The notes below the pieces were generated by a model, which saw nothing but the letters and a program-made list of their open reading frames with translations, was not told the origin of the DNA and made no database searches. Position numbers and translations under genes: made by a program. A DNA stretch of 62,904 bases, the filler included, from Craspedostauros australis (lineage: Eukaryota): NCBI GenBank assembly GCA_030167865.1. It is 11 parts of 11 records of this genome, joined end to end, with 100 filler letters (N's around TTAATTAATTAA, not from the genome) between each part and the next. Parts side by side here need not be neighbours in the genome. Positions count along the whole stretch, not along the records: positions 8,178 to 16,547 come from JALAGF010004165.1; positions 16,648 to 23,482 come from JALAGF010004166.1; positions 23,583 to 37,293 come from JALAGF010004168.1; 8 more parts are not named here. The stretch is one strand, 5' to 3'. Positions 12,956 to 25,815 of this stretch are shown one piece after another. The first letter of the stretch is position 1, and each line of letters begins with the position of its first letter.

Positions 12956-15900
12956 TTATCGCTTTGTGCCATCTGGGTCGCTCGAGGCGAATCGGGATGC
13001 GTGGCGACGCGCCGCATAGTCTGCTGCCCACTCACAATCTGAGCCGCACTGCTGTAGCAGCATCTCAACCTTCTTGTTCGCTCCCCATTCTTTGTACAGA
13101 TCGATGGACGCTTTCAGATGCTTCGCTGCCTTCTCTTCCTCTCCTCTGCTCGCATAGAACATAGAAAACCTTTCGTTCGCAAGCGCTTGATTTGCAGTGT
13201 ACTTTCGCCGTTGCATCTCCTTAATACCCGCTTCGTAACGCTCGATCGCTTTCTTACCTCTCTTCTTCAGGAAGCTCTCTTCCGCCTCCAGCAGCGTAAT
13301 GTAGTGCGAGCAGTTTGGATTGCCTTTCTTCTTCCACCTCTTCAATATCTTCATGAACTTGCGGGCGTGCTTGGTGTAGTACGATGGTTTGCATTCGTGG
13401 GCCATGCACAAGCAGCAAAACGCACATCGGAATAGTATTGGATACAGCAGACCACTGGATGGCATTTCTTTGAGCCACTCGAGGCCGGATTGGATTGCGA
13501 TCTGAGATCCCAGCTCATACTCACCAAAGCATGTCGCAAGGTACAGCTGGAAAATGCTCTTCATCCGATTCTGCGCGCTTTTCATTGAATGGTCGTCCTC
13601 GTACACCTCCTTTGTTTCATCGTATGCATCCCCAATAAGTTTCGTCGTGTGGTTGGAGGCACCTCGAAGGTTCAAGACGGCCTGCCAGATGATCAAAGAT
13701 AAATGATATTGAGCGTTTTGCTGGTAGTCTCTCATTGTGTTGGTATGCAACAACGCCTCGTTGTCAAGCGGGGCGAGCGGCTTCCCTACCAGCGTACCTG
13801 TCGCAAGGCGAGCGTACAAGCTCCAAGTTGCTGATTCCACATCGCCAGTCGACATTCCTATTCTGGACACCTCCACAACTGCCTCAAGAGAATCCTCAAG
13901 CGGATGCCTCCACGGGTACAGCAATGTGTGGTAGAACAGTTGAATCTTCGCATCCAGACTGCGATCATCCGATGCCTTGGCAATCCTGATGGCCAGCCTC
14001 CCGCATCTATATGCCAAGTCAATATCCTCGAGAAGGAAAGCAACGAGAATACCCTGAAAGGCTAAAGTGGGTGCGGAATATATCGTGATTCCTTGCTTCG
14101 AGCTCACCTTCAATGCTTTCGCTGTGATCACAGGGATCAACTCTGGGGCATTCACGTATGATGTCATGCTCAACTTGTCCAATGTCTTCATGATGGCTTG
14201 GTGATGCTCGTCATTCGACAACGAGAGGCTGTGCTCCATCTCTGCTTCCAACCGTCGGATTGTGCTCTTCGCTCTCATCAAGCCTCGGAGGATGTACATC
14301 GCTCGACCAAGGCTCGATGTCGGAAAAGTGCAACCAAGCTGCGACAGCAGGTCCAGGCACCTATCCACAGGCCCTTCTCCGCTGGTACCATTCGTTTCAG
14401 CAGAGGCCACACCAATCAGCACGTGGTGTGCTCGCACTTTCATCAGCATGTCGCAGTCCTGATTGATGATGATCTTGCAGTACGATTGTGCCTTGGCGAA
14501 GCTGGTGGTCATGAAATGGATCTCTGCTGCCGATGAATACAGCTCGAGGCTCTGTTCCGATGAGGTTTCCCAGTGATCATCTGGAAGGAGATTGATCGCC
14601 ATGTCGAAGTATGAAGATGCCAGATGGAAGGCTGATGCATTGGCGGCCTGTTGGCCCGCCTTGTGATTGAGCAGGATGATCTTCATGCGACGATCCAGCT
14701 TCCGATGGGTGGGCATGAGATCGGGTCTTGTGTTGAGGAGATTCGTGATCATGAAGATCTTGTCATTGAGCTCGTCATCCGACAGCGCGTACAGCAGGAT
14801 CTCGCCAACACGATACTTGAGCTCCGAGAGCTGGTCTTCGGTTGGGATCATGGACAGCGCGGCTTCTTGGACCTTGTCGTGGATGAAGGAGTATTGGAGG
14901 GATTTGGATCGCTTCGTGTTGGCGTTTGCGTTTGCGGTTGCGTTTGCAGTCGTGCTCTTGTTTGTGCTGGACATCCTGCGGGAGCCATCATCGGTTGAGG
15001 TGAGGCTGCTTGTACGAGCACGTGATGATTTGACCTTCTCGATCAATGCTTCCGAGCAGAATGTCTTGAGCATGCTCATGATCTCTGTCTCCTTCGTCAT
15101 CTTGGTGACTTGGAACACCTTGCGGAAGAACTTGGAGTGACTGGAATGGATGAAGAGGCCCATGGTGACAGCGCAGACATGCGAAGCAGAGAACGTGGCT
15201 CCTAGACAAGCTGCGATGGACAGCACCCAGTGCTTGGAGGCGGACTTTCGAAGTCTCATCTTCATGAGGTCTATGATGGTGTCACCCAAAACCTCTGAGT
15301 CGGAAGTGATTGTATTGATGTCCCAGATCCAAGCTGGTGGGCGACTGGCATCGTTCGCTGCTGCTCCTGCTGTTGCTCCTGCCGACGGGAGTATGGTCTG
15401 GACGATGAGACCGTCCATGACGAGCGAGTCGAGGTACTGCTGGATGAAGAACATGTTGCCTCCAGTCTTGGCATGTACGATCTGCGCCAGCGGCATCAAG
15501 TGCGCAAGCGATGGTTCAGCTTCGGAATGGTCGGTGTCAATATGCATTTGACAGTCGGGATGATCACCTTCATCTTCCTGGTGCGAAGATACCTGAAAGA
15601 GTCGCTGTAGGTACGCAGCCACTTCATCCACGCTCAAGTCCTCAACAGAGAGCTTGATGATCCGGATGGACCGCTCTCTTTTGGATTCCTCCAATGATAC
15701 CAGCGTCGCCTTGAGAGCCTGATTCACATCCAACATGTTGGAGCGATACAGGCCGATGATGATCAATGAGGCACTGCAGCTATCCAGCAGCCAGGACTGG
15801 ATGAGATCGAGTGATGTTCGATCGGTCCACTGCAGATCATCGATGACCATCACGACTGGACAGTAGCTGCACAGTATCTGCATGAACCTGCGCAGTACGT

Positions 15901-16547
15901 AGGTGACTCGTTGTGTGTGGCTCTTGTAGTCGATGGAAGATCTTCCCCCTGCAGAAAGGCTGAAGGTTGAGACAGAGATAGACTCGTTGTGGACATCTTG
16001 GTGTGATGTGGACGGGTTGGATGATTTTGCGAGCCCGACGTTGATACCTCCACCAACCTGCTGGGATGGTGTCACTGTTTTTATCATCTCGATGTTTGGG
16101 ATGACGTGAGAAAGCAGTTCCGTCTCCGTTGCTGTCAATCCTTTCGACACCAACGATGCAAGCGTCTCTTGCTTGACTTCGGAGCCCTGCCTGCTTGGAT
16201 GACAGTCTGTTGAGGTGTCGAGTTCTTCCTGAATCCTGCCGGCCACTTGCTCACAGAGTTCCATCATGGCTGGTTGGATGCCGGAGTACGGGACGCCCTC
16301 CTTCTTGGTCGATAGTTCACATTTTCCTGTCGCGAAGAAGCCACGAAAGGGTGTGTTCGTATCCACACCACCATGGTTGCCCTCGTGTGGATTATCGAGG
16401 CTGTCCGTGCGGCCCAGCAGACGTTTGCGCGCTTCCTCGATGAGGGCCGACTTGCCGCTTCCCGATTGGCCAGAGACCAACACCAAGGATCGGATCTGGG
16501 CTCGGATACCATCTGGTGATGGTGATATTGTTGCTAGTTCTGAAGAT
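12956..16547 (-). CDS. STAND AAA_16-TPR ATPase, copy B; 5' end cut by the contig edge, 3' end complete
   Basis: Matches copy A at offset 5034 (no differences seen by eye). Supplies the C-terminus ...QALANER...YKEWGANKKV. Reconstructed full length about 1288 aa. Confidence 0.85.
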
Positions 16548-16647
16548 NNNNNNNNNNNNNNNNNNNNNNNNNNNNNNNNNNNNNNNNNNNNTTAATTAAT
16601 TAANNNNNNNNNNNNNNNNNNNNNNNNNNNNNNNNNNNNNNNNNNNN
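16548..16647. other. Artificial contig linker
   Basis: N44-TTAATTAATTAA-N44. Confidence 0.98.
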
Positions 16648-19600
16648 TGCATCTCCTTAATACCCGCTTCGTAACGCTCGATCGCTTTCTTACCTCTCTT
16701 CTTCAGGAAGCTCTCTTCCGCCTCCAGCAGCGTAATGTAGTGCGAGCAGTTTGGATTGCCTTTCTTCTTCCACCTCTTCAATATCTTCATGAACTTGCGG
16801 GCGTGCTTGGTGTAGTACGATGGTTTGCATTCGTGGGCCATGCACAAGCAGCAAAACGCACATCGGAATAGTATTGGATACAGCAGACCACTGGATGGCA
16901 TTTCTTTGAGCCACTCGAGGCCGGATTGGATTGCGATCTGAGATCCCAGCTCATACTCACCAAAGCATGTCGCAAGGTACAGCTGGAAAATGCTCTTCAT
17001 CCGATTCTGCGCGCTTTTCATTGAATGGTCGTCCTCGTACACCTCCTTTGTTTCATCGTATGCATCCCCAATAAGTTTCGTCGTGTGGTTGGAGGCACCT
17101 CGAAGGTTCAAGACGGCCTGCCAGATGATCAAAGATAAATGATATTGAGCGTTTTGCTGGTAGTCTCTCATTGTGTTGGTATGCAACAACGCCTCGTTGT
17201 CAAGCGGGGCGAGCGGCTTCCCTACCAGCGTACCTGTCGCAAGGCGAGCGTACAAGCTCCAAGTTGCTGATTCCACATCGCCAGTCGACATTCCTATTCT
17301 GGACACCTCCACAACTGCCTCAAGAGAATCCTCAAGCGGATGCCTCCACGGGTACAGCAATGTGTGGTAGAACAGTTGAATCTTCGCATCCAGACTGCGA
17401 TCATCCGATGCCTTGGCAATCCTGATGGCCAGCCTCCCGCATCTATATGCCAAGTCAATATCCTCGAGAAGGAAAGCAACGAGAATACCCTGAAAGGCTA
17501 AAGTGGGTGCGGAATATATCGTGATTCCTTGCTTCGAGCTCACCTTCAATGCTTTCGCTGTGATCACAGGGATCAACTCTGGGGCATTCACGTATGATGT
17601 CATGCTCAACTTGTCCAATGTCTTCATGATGGCTTGGTGATGCTCGTCATTCGACAACGAGAGGCTGTGCTCCATCTCTGCTTCCAACCGTCGGATTGTG
17701 CTCTTCGCTCTCATCAAGCCTCGGAGGATGTACATCGCTCGACCAAGGCTCGATGTCGGAAAAGTGCAACCAAGCTGCGACAGCAGGTCCAGGCACCTAT
17801 CCACAGGCCCTTCTCCGCTGGTACCATTCGTTTCAGCAGAGGCCACACCAATCAGCACGTGGTGTGCTCGCACTTTCATCAGCATGTCGCAGTCCTGATT
17901 GATGATGATCTTGCAGTACGATTGTGCCTTGGCGAAGCTGGTGGTCATGAAATGGATCTCTGCTGCCGATGAATACAGCTCGAGGCTCTGTTCCGATGAG
18001 GTTTCCCAGTGATCATCTGGAAGGAGATTGATCGCCATGTCGAAGTATGAAGATGCCAGATGGAAGGCTGATGCATTGGCGGCCTGTTGGCCCGCCTTGT
18101 GATTGAGCAGGATGATCTTCATGCGACGATCCAGCTTCCGATGGGTGGGCATGAGATCGGGTCTTGTGTTGAGGAGATTCGTGATCATGAAGATCTTGTC
18201 ATTGAGCTCGTCATCCGACAGCGCGTACAGCAGGATCTCGCCAACACGATACTTGAGCTCCGAGAGCTGGTCTTCGGTTGGGATCATGGACAGCGCGGCT
18301 TCTTGGACCTTGTCGTGGATGAAGGAGTATTGGAGGGATTTGGATCGCTTCGTGTTGGCGTTTGCGTTTGCGGTTGCGTTTGCAGTCGTGCTCTTGTTTG
18401 TGCTGGACATCCTGCGGGAGCCATCATCGGTTGAGGTGAGGCTGCTTGTACGAGCACGTGATGATTTGACCTTCTCGATCAATGCTTCCGAGCAGAATGT
18501 CTTGAGCATGCTCATGATCTCTGTCTCCTTCGTCATCTTGGTGACTTGGAACACCTTGCGGAAGAACTTGGAGTGACTGGAATGGATGAAGAGGCCCATG
18601 GTGACAGCGCAGACATGCGAAGCAGAGAACGTGGCTCCTAGACAAGCTGCGATGGACAGCACCCAGTGCTTGGAGGCGGACTTTCGAAGTCTCATCTTCA
18701 TGAGGTCTATGATGGTGTCACCCAAAACCTCTGAGTCGGAAGTGATTGTATTGATGTCCCAGATCCAAGCTGGTGGGCGACTGGCATCGTTCGCTGCTGC
18801 TCCTGCTGTTGCTCCTGCCGACGGGAGTATGGTCTGGACGATGAGACCGTCCATGACGAGCGAGTCGAGGTACTGCTGGATGAAGAACATGTTGCCTCCA
18901 GTCTTGGCATGTACGATCTGCGCCAGCGGCATCAAGTGCGCAAGCGATGGTTCAGCTTCGGAATGGTCGGTGTCAATATGCATTTGACAGTCGGGATGAT
19001 CACCTTCATCTTCCTGGTGCGAAGATACCTGAAAGAGTCGCTGTAGGTACGCAGCCACTTCATCCACGCTCAAGTCCTCAACAGAGAGCTTGATGATCCG
19101 GATGGACCGCTCTCTTTTGGATTCCTCCAATGATACCAGCGTCGCCTTGAGAGCCTGATTCACATCCAACATGTTGGAGCGATACAGGCCGATGATGATC
19201 AATGAGGCACTGCAGCTATCCAGCAGCCAGGACTGGATGAGATCGAGTGATGTTCGATCGGTCCACTGCAGATCATCGATGACCATCACGACTGGACAGT
19301 AGCTGCACAGTATCTGCATGAACCTGCGCAGTACGTAGGTGACTCGTTGTGTGTGGCTCTTGTAGTCGATGGAAGATCTTCCCCCTGCAGAAAGGCTGAA
19401 GGTTGAGACAGAGATAGACTCGTTGTGGACATCTTGGTGTGATGTGGACGGGTTGGATGATTTTGCGAGCCCGACGTTGATACCTCCACCAACCTGCTGG
19501 GATGGTGTCACTGTTTTTATCATCTCGATGTTTGGGATGACGTGAGAAAGCAGTTCCGTCTCCGTTGCTGTCAATCCTTTCGACACCAACGATGCAAGCG

Positions 19601-20258
19601 TCTCTTGCTTGACTTCGGAGCCCTGCCTGCTTGGATGACAGTCTGTTGAGGTGTCGAGTTCTTCCTGAATCCTGCCGGCCACTTGCTCACAGAGTTCCAT
19701 CATGGCTGGTTGGATGCCGGAGTACGGGACGCCCTCCTTCTTGGTCGATAGTTCACATTTTCCTGTCGCGAAGAAGCCACGAAAGGGTGTGTTCGTATCC
19801 ACACCACCATGGTTGCCCTCGTGTGGATTATCGAGGCTGTCCGTGCGGCCCAGCAGACGTTTGCGCGCTTCCTCGATGAGGGCCGACTTGCCGCTTCCCG
19901 ATTGGCCAGAGACCAACACCAAGGATCGGATCTGGGCTCGGATACCATCTGGTGATGGTGATATTGTTGCTAGTTCTGAAGATATGAGGTCGCCATTGTC
20001 CACATGGTTGCTGCTGCCACTGGTGCTGCTCCCACTGATGCTGCGAGTGGTGGTCCGGCTGAGTGTGGACGTGGGCCCATTGACATGACCAATGCTTGAA
20101 GCAACTTCCTTGGTTGGAAATGGGTTCTTCGTTGCCTTGGGCTGGTGTCGGATCGCGTTGAGGAGAACCCGGACTTCTTTGTCCCGTCCCACGAGGCCAA
20201 CCTTCTCGAACGCAAGGCGCGGTGTCGTGGGCATTGCCGATGTCGATGTCGATGCCAT
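16648..20258 (-). CDS. STAND AAA_16-TPR ATPase, copy C; 3' end cut by the contig edge
   Basis: Matches copy A at offset 8470 except 4 SNPs near the 5' end. Upstream DNA differs from copy A beyond 20348. Confidence 0.85.
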
Positions 20259-21754
20259 GATGGTTGATGATGGTTGATGTTGATGATTGTGACGTTCGAG
20301 AAATTGATCCAATTCGTATGTCGATTTTAAGTTTCAATATTGCCGAAGCGTCAAGGAGTGGTTAATTATGAAAGCGATCTGGCTTTAGCGTTTGTGTGTG
20401 GACACCTCATGGTCTCCTCGGGATAAACAGCGCAACGACACTCTTGTCTCTCGTCCCTCGGGATGGGGTGGTGGACGTCAATCGGCCGTCGTCATGGATG
20501 CCAACCGTCGCGTCTTTTTGCACGTCTCTGCATCTCTGTGCATCCGCACCCAAACGGTCATCCTGATGAGACGGATGGCAGCGTGTGCATTGGTGTGGAC
20601 GAAAGCAACATCATCAGACTGGCAAATGGTCGACATTGCGGTGCGGATTCTTGTTTCGTTGGCCATGCGGTCATCGAGGTGCGGAAGGCTGGAAATGAGG
20701 CGTGTCGCCAAATGAGATGTCTCGTGACGATCTCATCCATTTCTCCCGTGAGGATACAGAGCAATCTTTCGAAAATGTGCATTCTGGAAGGGCTGTGGCG
20801 CAAATGGGCAAGTTCGCTCTGAGCCATCTGCTTCGGAATGCCTCCACTAGTCGTATTCTTGTTTTTTGTGCAAACAAACGCATTCGTCCTCGACGCACAA
20901 CAACCACTTTGTGACAAGTTCACACTTTTTGATCCATCGCCCTTGACACTTGCATGACCAGCCAAGACATGTTGTGGATCAATGCCTCAACGACAAGCAA
21001 CAAGTACGATCATGGGAGGGGAAGGGAAAACGGCGTTTTTTTTTCAAATTGCGACGAAGGAAAACGAAAGTCGAAAAGGGATGCGGGCCACCAAATGGCG
21101 AAACATTCTTGCGTATTTTCGAAAACAACTTGTGACTTTTTTGCTCATTATCGTGTTGGGCACAGACTGCATCTTGTTGTTTTTTTGCTTTTTTCATTCT
21201 GGTCCACGGATCCTTCGCCTCTCCATGCGATTCCACACATTCGACAGCCACAGAGGCAGCCTTTTCTGCTCTCTCCAAAGGGGGTTACAGATGTTGTTCC
21301 AACTCTCTTGCCAGTTGACATGTTGCATTCCATCAGCAGGATTCGTCTAGTTACGACAAGCAAGAGTTGTACATTCTTACTCCACTACTTATGGTATTCT
21401 TGTTTGCCTTGAAAGAGAATGTTAACTTGCATCACCGTGGCTTTGTCGTGCAGCCCTCCCCCAGGTCCTCATCCCAGTAGTAGCAGCCTTTCCTCGTTCT
21501 TTCTCTTGGTCATTATGCTGGTGCTGTGGTTGTTGTTCTTCCATCCCTCCTTCCGCTGATGTTGTCGGTGCTGCTGCAGGCTGCAGTGCTTGTTCCGCGC
21601 TTCCTTCCACTGTCTCTCCTGTTCTTGCATCATCTTCAGGGACCACCACAGTTGATTGCAGCATTGTTGTTGGCGATGGCATCCCGATTCTGGTAGTTTT
21701 GGCTCCCATTGTTGATGCCAGTGATCGTGGTGGTGGCATTGTCTGTGTCTCTGT

Positions 21755-23100
21755 TCATGTCTCTGTTTGTGTTCTGTGATGGGTGTCGACTGCATGGGCT
21801 GGTAGGATCCGTACGGGCGATGGGAGAATGCGACTGCTCCAGCTTCTTTCGTCCATAGCAGGACGACGGTGCATGTACTGGTCTGCATTGGCTCTCACAC
21901 CTGCTGCTGCTGGATCTTCACCACCTGATCTGCTTGCCAACTAGCCAGAAGTATCAACCAATGCCGCATCGAGGGAGATATCCTCGTGCTCTCACCATCT
22001 GTTGCTATTTGGGGAGACGTTCGCATTGACTTTGGGGCCACCTGCCAGGGGCATTTCTCTGAGAACGTGGGGCTTCTTTGTTGCTCAGCTTTCTTCATTG
22101 ACATCGGCAAACAATCTGGGCCTCTGTTGCAAGGTGTCCTCCTGTGCCCGCTTTGCACGCTTTTCCTCCACCTTGAGAGCCGTTTCAGCCTCCATCATCT
22201 CAAGGGTTGCCCGCTTGATTTCAATTCGATCTCGCATTATTTTGGTACTGTCCATAAAAACTGAAAGGATTTCGTCAGTGGCAGTCAGGGTTGCTGTCTG
22301 ATGGCTGATTGCAGGAACTGTGGACGTGGCCTGTTGGCCATGCAGCCTTGGCTGCGTTGCTGATGGTAGGTGTCCGTTGTTGTTGCGCAGACTGTCCCCT
22401 GCCGGCGTGGGGCGGCAGCCTCCTAGGTTGATTGTAGGTTGGTGTGTTGATGGTGTCATGCTGTTGCCAGCCATGGCAGCTGCAGCGCCGACCGTTGTGT
22501 TCCTTGTGCTCGTCATAGTGTTGTTGATGTTGTGGGTGGCAACATCAGTGGCGCAGCTTTGTGTGTTAGTGGCTTTGTCATGGTCATCGGGATGGCTTCC
22601 ATCACCATCTGCAAAGCCCAGACCATGGCATACAGAAAAGTGCCAGGTCACGCCAACATTAGTTGCTTCCTTCAAACGTACCGTTATTGTAAGCATGTTG
22701 TGGGTTGCACCATCATCGTCCTTCACAGCATGATGTAAGCAGACCACTCCTCCCAATTTTCGGCATGGAGAGCCACAGAAATGGCATGGGCACAAACATT
22801 TCCGAACGGAATGAGTCTGCAAAGTCTTCATTCTGGAACTGTTGCAAATGGGCAGAACGTTTCTGCCCTGCATCAGAGAAAGGATGACCCAACTTGTCAA
22901 TCAGGATGTCCACGATGCTTCCATCATCTCCAATAGCTGTTGGTGGCTTGTATAGCAACACCAGGAACATCCAAGGTACTCTGTCCACCTTCCGACTTTG
23001 GATGGTCACTGTCACATCATTCCTGGTGGTGCATGCAGGCATGTGGAAGTCGACCCCAACCATGCGATACCTTTCACCACGAGGTCTCCACACCTGAGTT
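21755..23100 (-). pseudogene. Decayed ORF of unknown function, probably transposon-associated
   Basis: Protein-like segments in shifting frames (VGVDFHMPACTT..., EMFVPMPF, LTITVRLKEA, coiled-coil RDRIEIKRATLEMMEAE), broken by stops and frameshifts. DNA looks CpG-poor. Confidence 0.35.
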
Positions 23101-23482
23101 GTGTGGAAGACCTCAATGGTGCGGCTCAGCTTCCGAAACCTTGCAACTTGTTGGGACTCTGATATGTAAAAAAGTGGCCGAATCTTGCAGTGATGGGGTC
23201 ATAGGGGGTGATCGTAGATCCACATTGGCCTGGTTAGTTGGTAGTGCCAAGGTATGCCATGTCATTGTCAGAATCCGTGTCCTCCACATCATCTGATATT
23301 TCAGATGACCCATCCCATGGGCTGCTGCTGCTCTCATTTGTGCCATCGGTGCCACTGGGGGGAGGGCAGTGTCACCTTCATTTGATGCTTCATACATGCG
23401 GCCCCGTGTGCTTCGTCTGTTGGTGCTGTTTCTGCGTGTGTTGTTCCTGCTGGTTCCGCTCCTGGTGTTGTTGGCATGGCTG

Positions 23483-23582
23483 NNNNNNNNNNNNNNNNNN
23501 NNNNNNNNNNNNNNNNNNNNNNNNNNTTAATTAATTAANNNNNNNNNNNNNNNNNNNNNNNNNNNNNNNNNNNNNNNNNNNN
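23483..23582. other. Artificial contig linker
   Basis: N44-TTAATTAATTAA-N44. Confidence 0.98.
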
Positions 23583-24843
23583 AGGCCCTTGGCGAAACGG
23601 ACCTCTCGTTCCCGCGTCATTCCTCATCTCGCATGCTATTCCAGTCGAGCAGTGTTATCCATTGTCGCCACCGATAGATGAAGGTGGCGGATTCTGAAAG
23701 ATGCAAGAGCACGAGGAGGGTAGATGTTCGTAGAGCAGGGTGGAGCAGAGTAGAGTAGATACTCTGACGATATTCTGCGGTACCTCCAATTCTTTGCAGC
23801 GGTGATACTAATGAGTTGTTGGAAAGCCCAATCCTCGACATTCCACATTGCGTCTGCCGTTTCGTCCTACCGCGTGGCACGGAAGAGAACGCACGAGCAA
23901 CAGAGAACACGGGCAGGATCAGAACAGTCAGGCGGCAGCACATCCGGAACCTTTCTGATGTCATTACCGTGTACTCGACTCGACTCGACTCTAATCTACT
24001 CGTACGTGTACCACAGGACGTATCCATGCGCCGGTTGCGGCACGACGAATACGCACGAACAATGCGAACGGCTCCGATGATCCACACGCACTCTGCGACC
24101 TTCTGCGCTCGCTAGACATGCACGTGCGTGTTCTGCGAGGCGGCTCCGTGCCGACCCCTGTGTTGGTGTGACGTCCCCGCGTAGAATTGCATTTATCAGG
24201 GCAAGAGCGGGGTGGAATGAGCATTGCAGAGTAACTGTAGAGTGCGTTATACAATGCTGACCATGCGAGAGCAGCTCGCAAGAGTTGGAACCAGAATCGT
24301 GCACTGTCCTGTAGCCTCCGTATGAAATCTAGAGAGGGAAAGACCGATTGATCATCGCATCCAAGAGTCCGTATGTCTGCCTGTCCGTACGATTGTTGTT
24401 GCTTTCCTCCCAGCCTACCGCTTACTATTCCGATTGATCCCAAACGTGAATTGGTTTCTCCACGACTGAGCTTGCCACACCAACAACGCGCAGCAGCGCG
24501 ACAACCGTGGTTGGAAACGACCATGGCGCGTTGCGTGTGTGGCCACGGTGTTTGTGCGTTGATTGGCGACCAACCGCCAACAACAACAAATGCAGACCCC
24601 AACATTTCGACCCACCTCGCATCCCAGACCAAATCACAAAACCGGAAGGTCGAATGCCATCCTGAAGAAACAAGCCAAGCCAAGGTTAAACTGTTGCATC
24701 CGTTGTTGTCTAGACTTCGAACCGCAGCGTCCAAAGCTTCTCCCTCCGCAATACCTCCTAAACATTCTCTTGTGTTGTTTACTTGACCAGCACGCGTACC
24801 ACTAAGCAAGCAAAGCAAGGCAAAGCAACTGACAACTGACAAC

Positions 24844-25815
24844 ATGCCTCTCTCTCCAGAACGCAAGGCCGAGTACTTCGAGAAGTTCAAGGCCCTCCTG
24901 TCCACCTACTCCAAGTGCTTCATCGTGGAGATCGACAATGTCGGATCCATGCAGCTGCAGATGACCCGCAAGGGCCTCCGCGGCAAGGGCGAGGTGCTGA
25001 TGGGAAAGAACACCATGATGCGCAAGTGCATCCGCGAGTTCATGGAGGAAAACCCAGGCCACCCGGCCGAGCAGCTCATCTCCACCTGCCGCGGCAACGT
25101 GGGCTTCGTCTTCACCAACGGAGACCTCGGAGAGGTGCGCGAGGTCCTCGAGAGCAACACGCGTCCAGCCCCAGCGCGCGTGGGATCCCTGGCCCCCATC
25201 AACGTCATCGTCCCCAAGGGACCAACCGGCTGCGATCCAGGCCAGACCGCCTTCTTCCAGACCCTGCAGATCGCCACCAAGATCACCCGCGGACAGATTG
25301 AGATGGTCAACGACACGCCGCTCATCCAGGCCGGGGAGAAGGTCACCGCCTCGCAGGCCGCCCTCCTGCAGAAGCTCTCCATCGAGCCCTTCACCTACGG
25401 TCTCGTCCTCAAGTCCGTCTACGACAACGGCAGCCTCTTCGACGCCAAGGTCCTCGACATCACGGATGACGTCCTGGCCGCCAAGTTCTCCGACGCCCTC
25501 AAGATGCTGGCGTCGCTGTCCCTGGCCATCGGCATCCCGACCCAGGCCTCCGTGCCGCACTCCATCGCCAACGCCTTCAAGGCCGTGCTCGCTGTCACCA
25601 TCCAGCTCGAGGGATACTCTTTCGACAAGGCCGACCAGTACGAGGACTACCTCAAGGACCCATCCAAGTTCGCCGGATCCGGTGGCGGAGGTGACGGCGG
25701 CGCCGGTGGTGAGGCCGCAGCCGAGGAGGAGAAGGAAGAAGAAGAGGAGGAAGAGATGGACCTCGGAGGTGGCATGGACATGTTCGGAGGAGACGAAGGC
25801 GGCGGTGACTACTAA
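24844..25815 (+). CDS. RPLP0: 60S acidic ribosomal protein P0 (uL10)
   Basis: DNVGSMQLQ..RKGLRGKGEVLMGKNTMMRK, GNVGFVFT, acidic tail EEEEEMDLGGGMDMFG; strong GC3 bias. Confidence 0.97.
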   Translation: MPLSPERKAEYFEKFKALLSTYSKCFIVEIDNVGSMQLQMTRKGLRGKGEVLMGKNTMMRKCIREFMEENPGHPAEQLISTCRGNVGFVFTNGDLGEVREVLESNTRPAPARVGSLAPINVIVPKGPTGCDPGQTAFFQTLQIATKITRGQIEMVNDTPLIQAGEKVTASQAALLQKLSIEPFTYGLVLKSVYDNGSLFDAKVLDITDDVLAAKFSDALKMLASLSLAIGIPTQASVPHSIANAFKAVLAVTIQLEGYSFDKADQYEDYLKDPSKFAGSGGGGDGGAGGEAAAEEEKEEEEEEEMDLGGGMDMFGGDEGGGDY

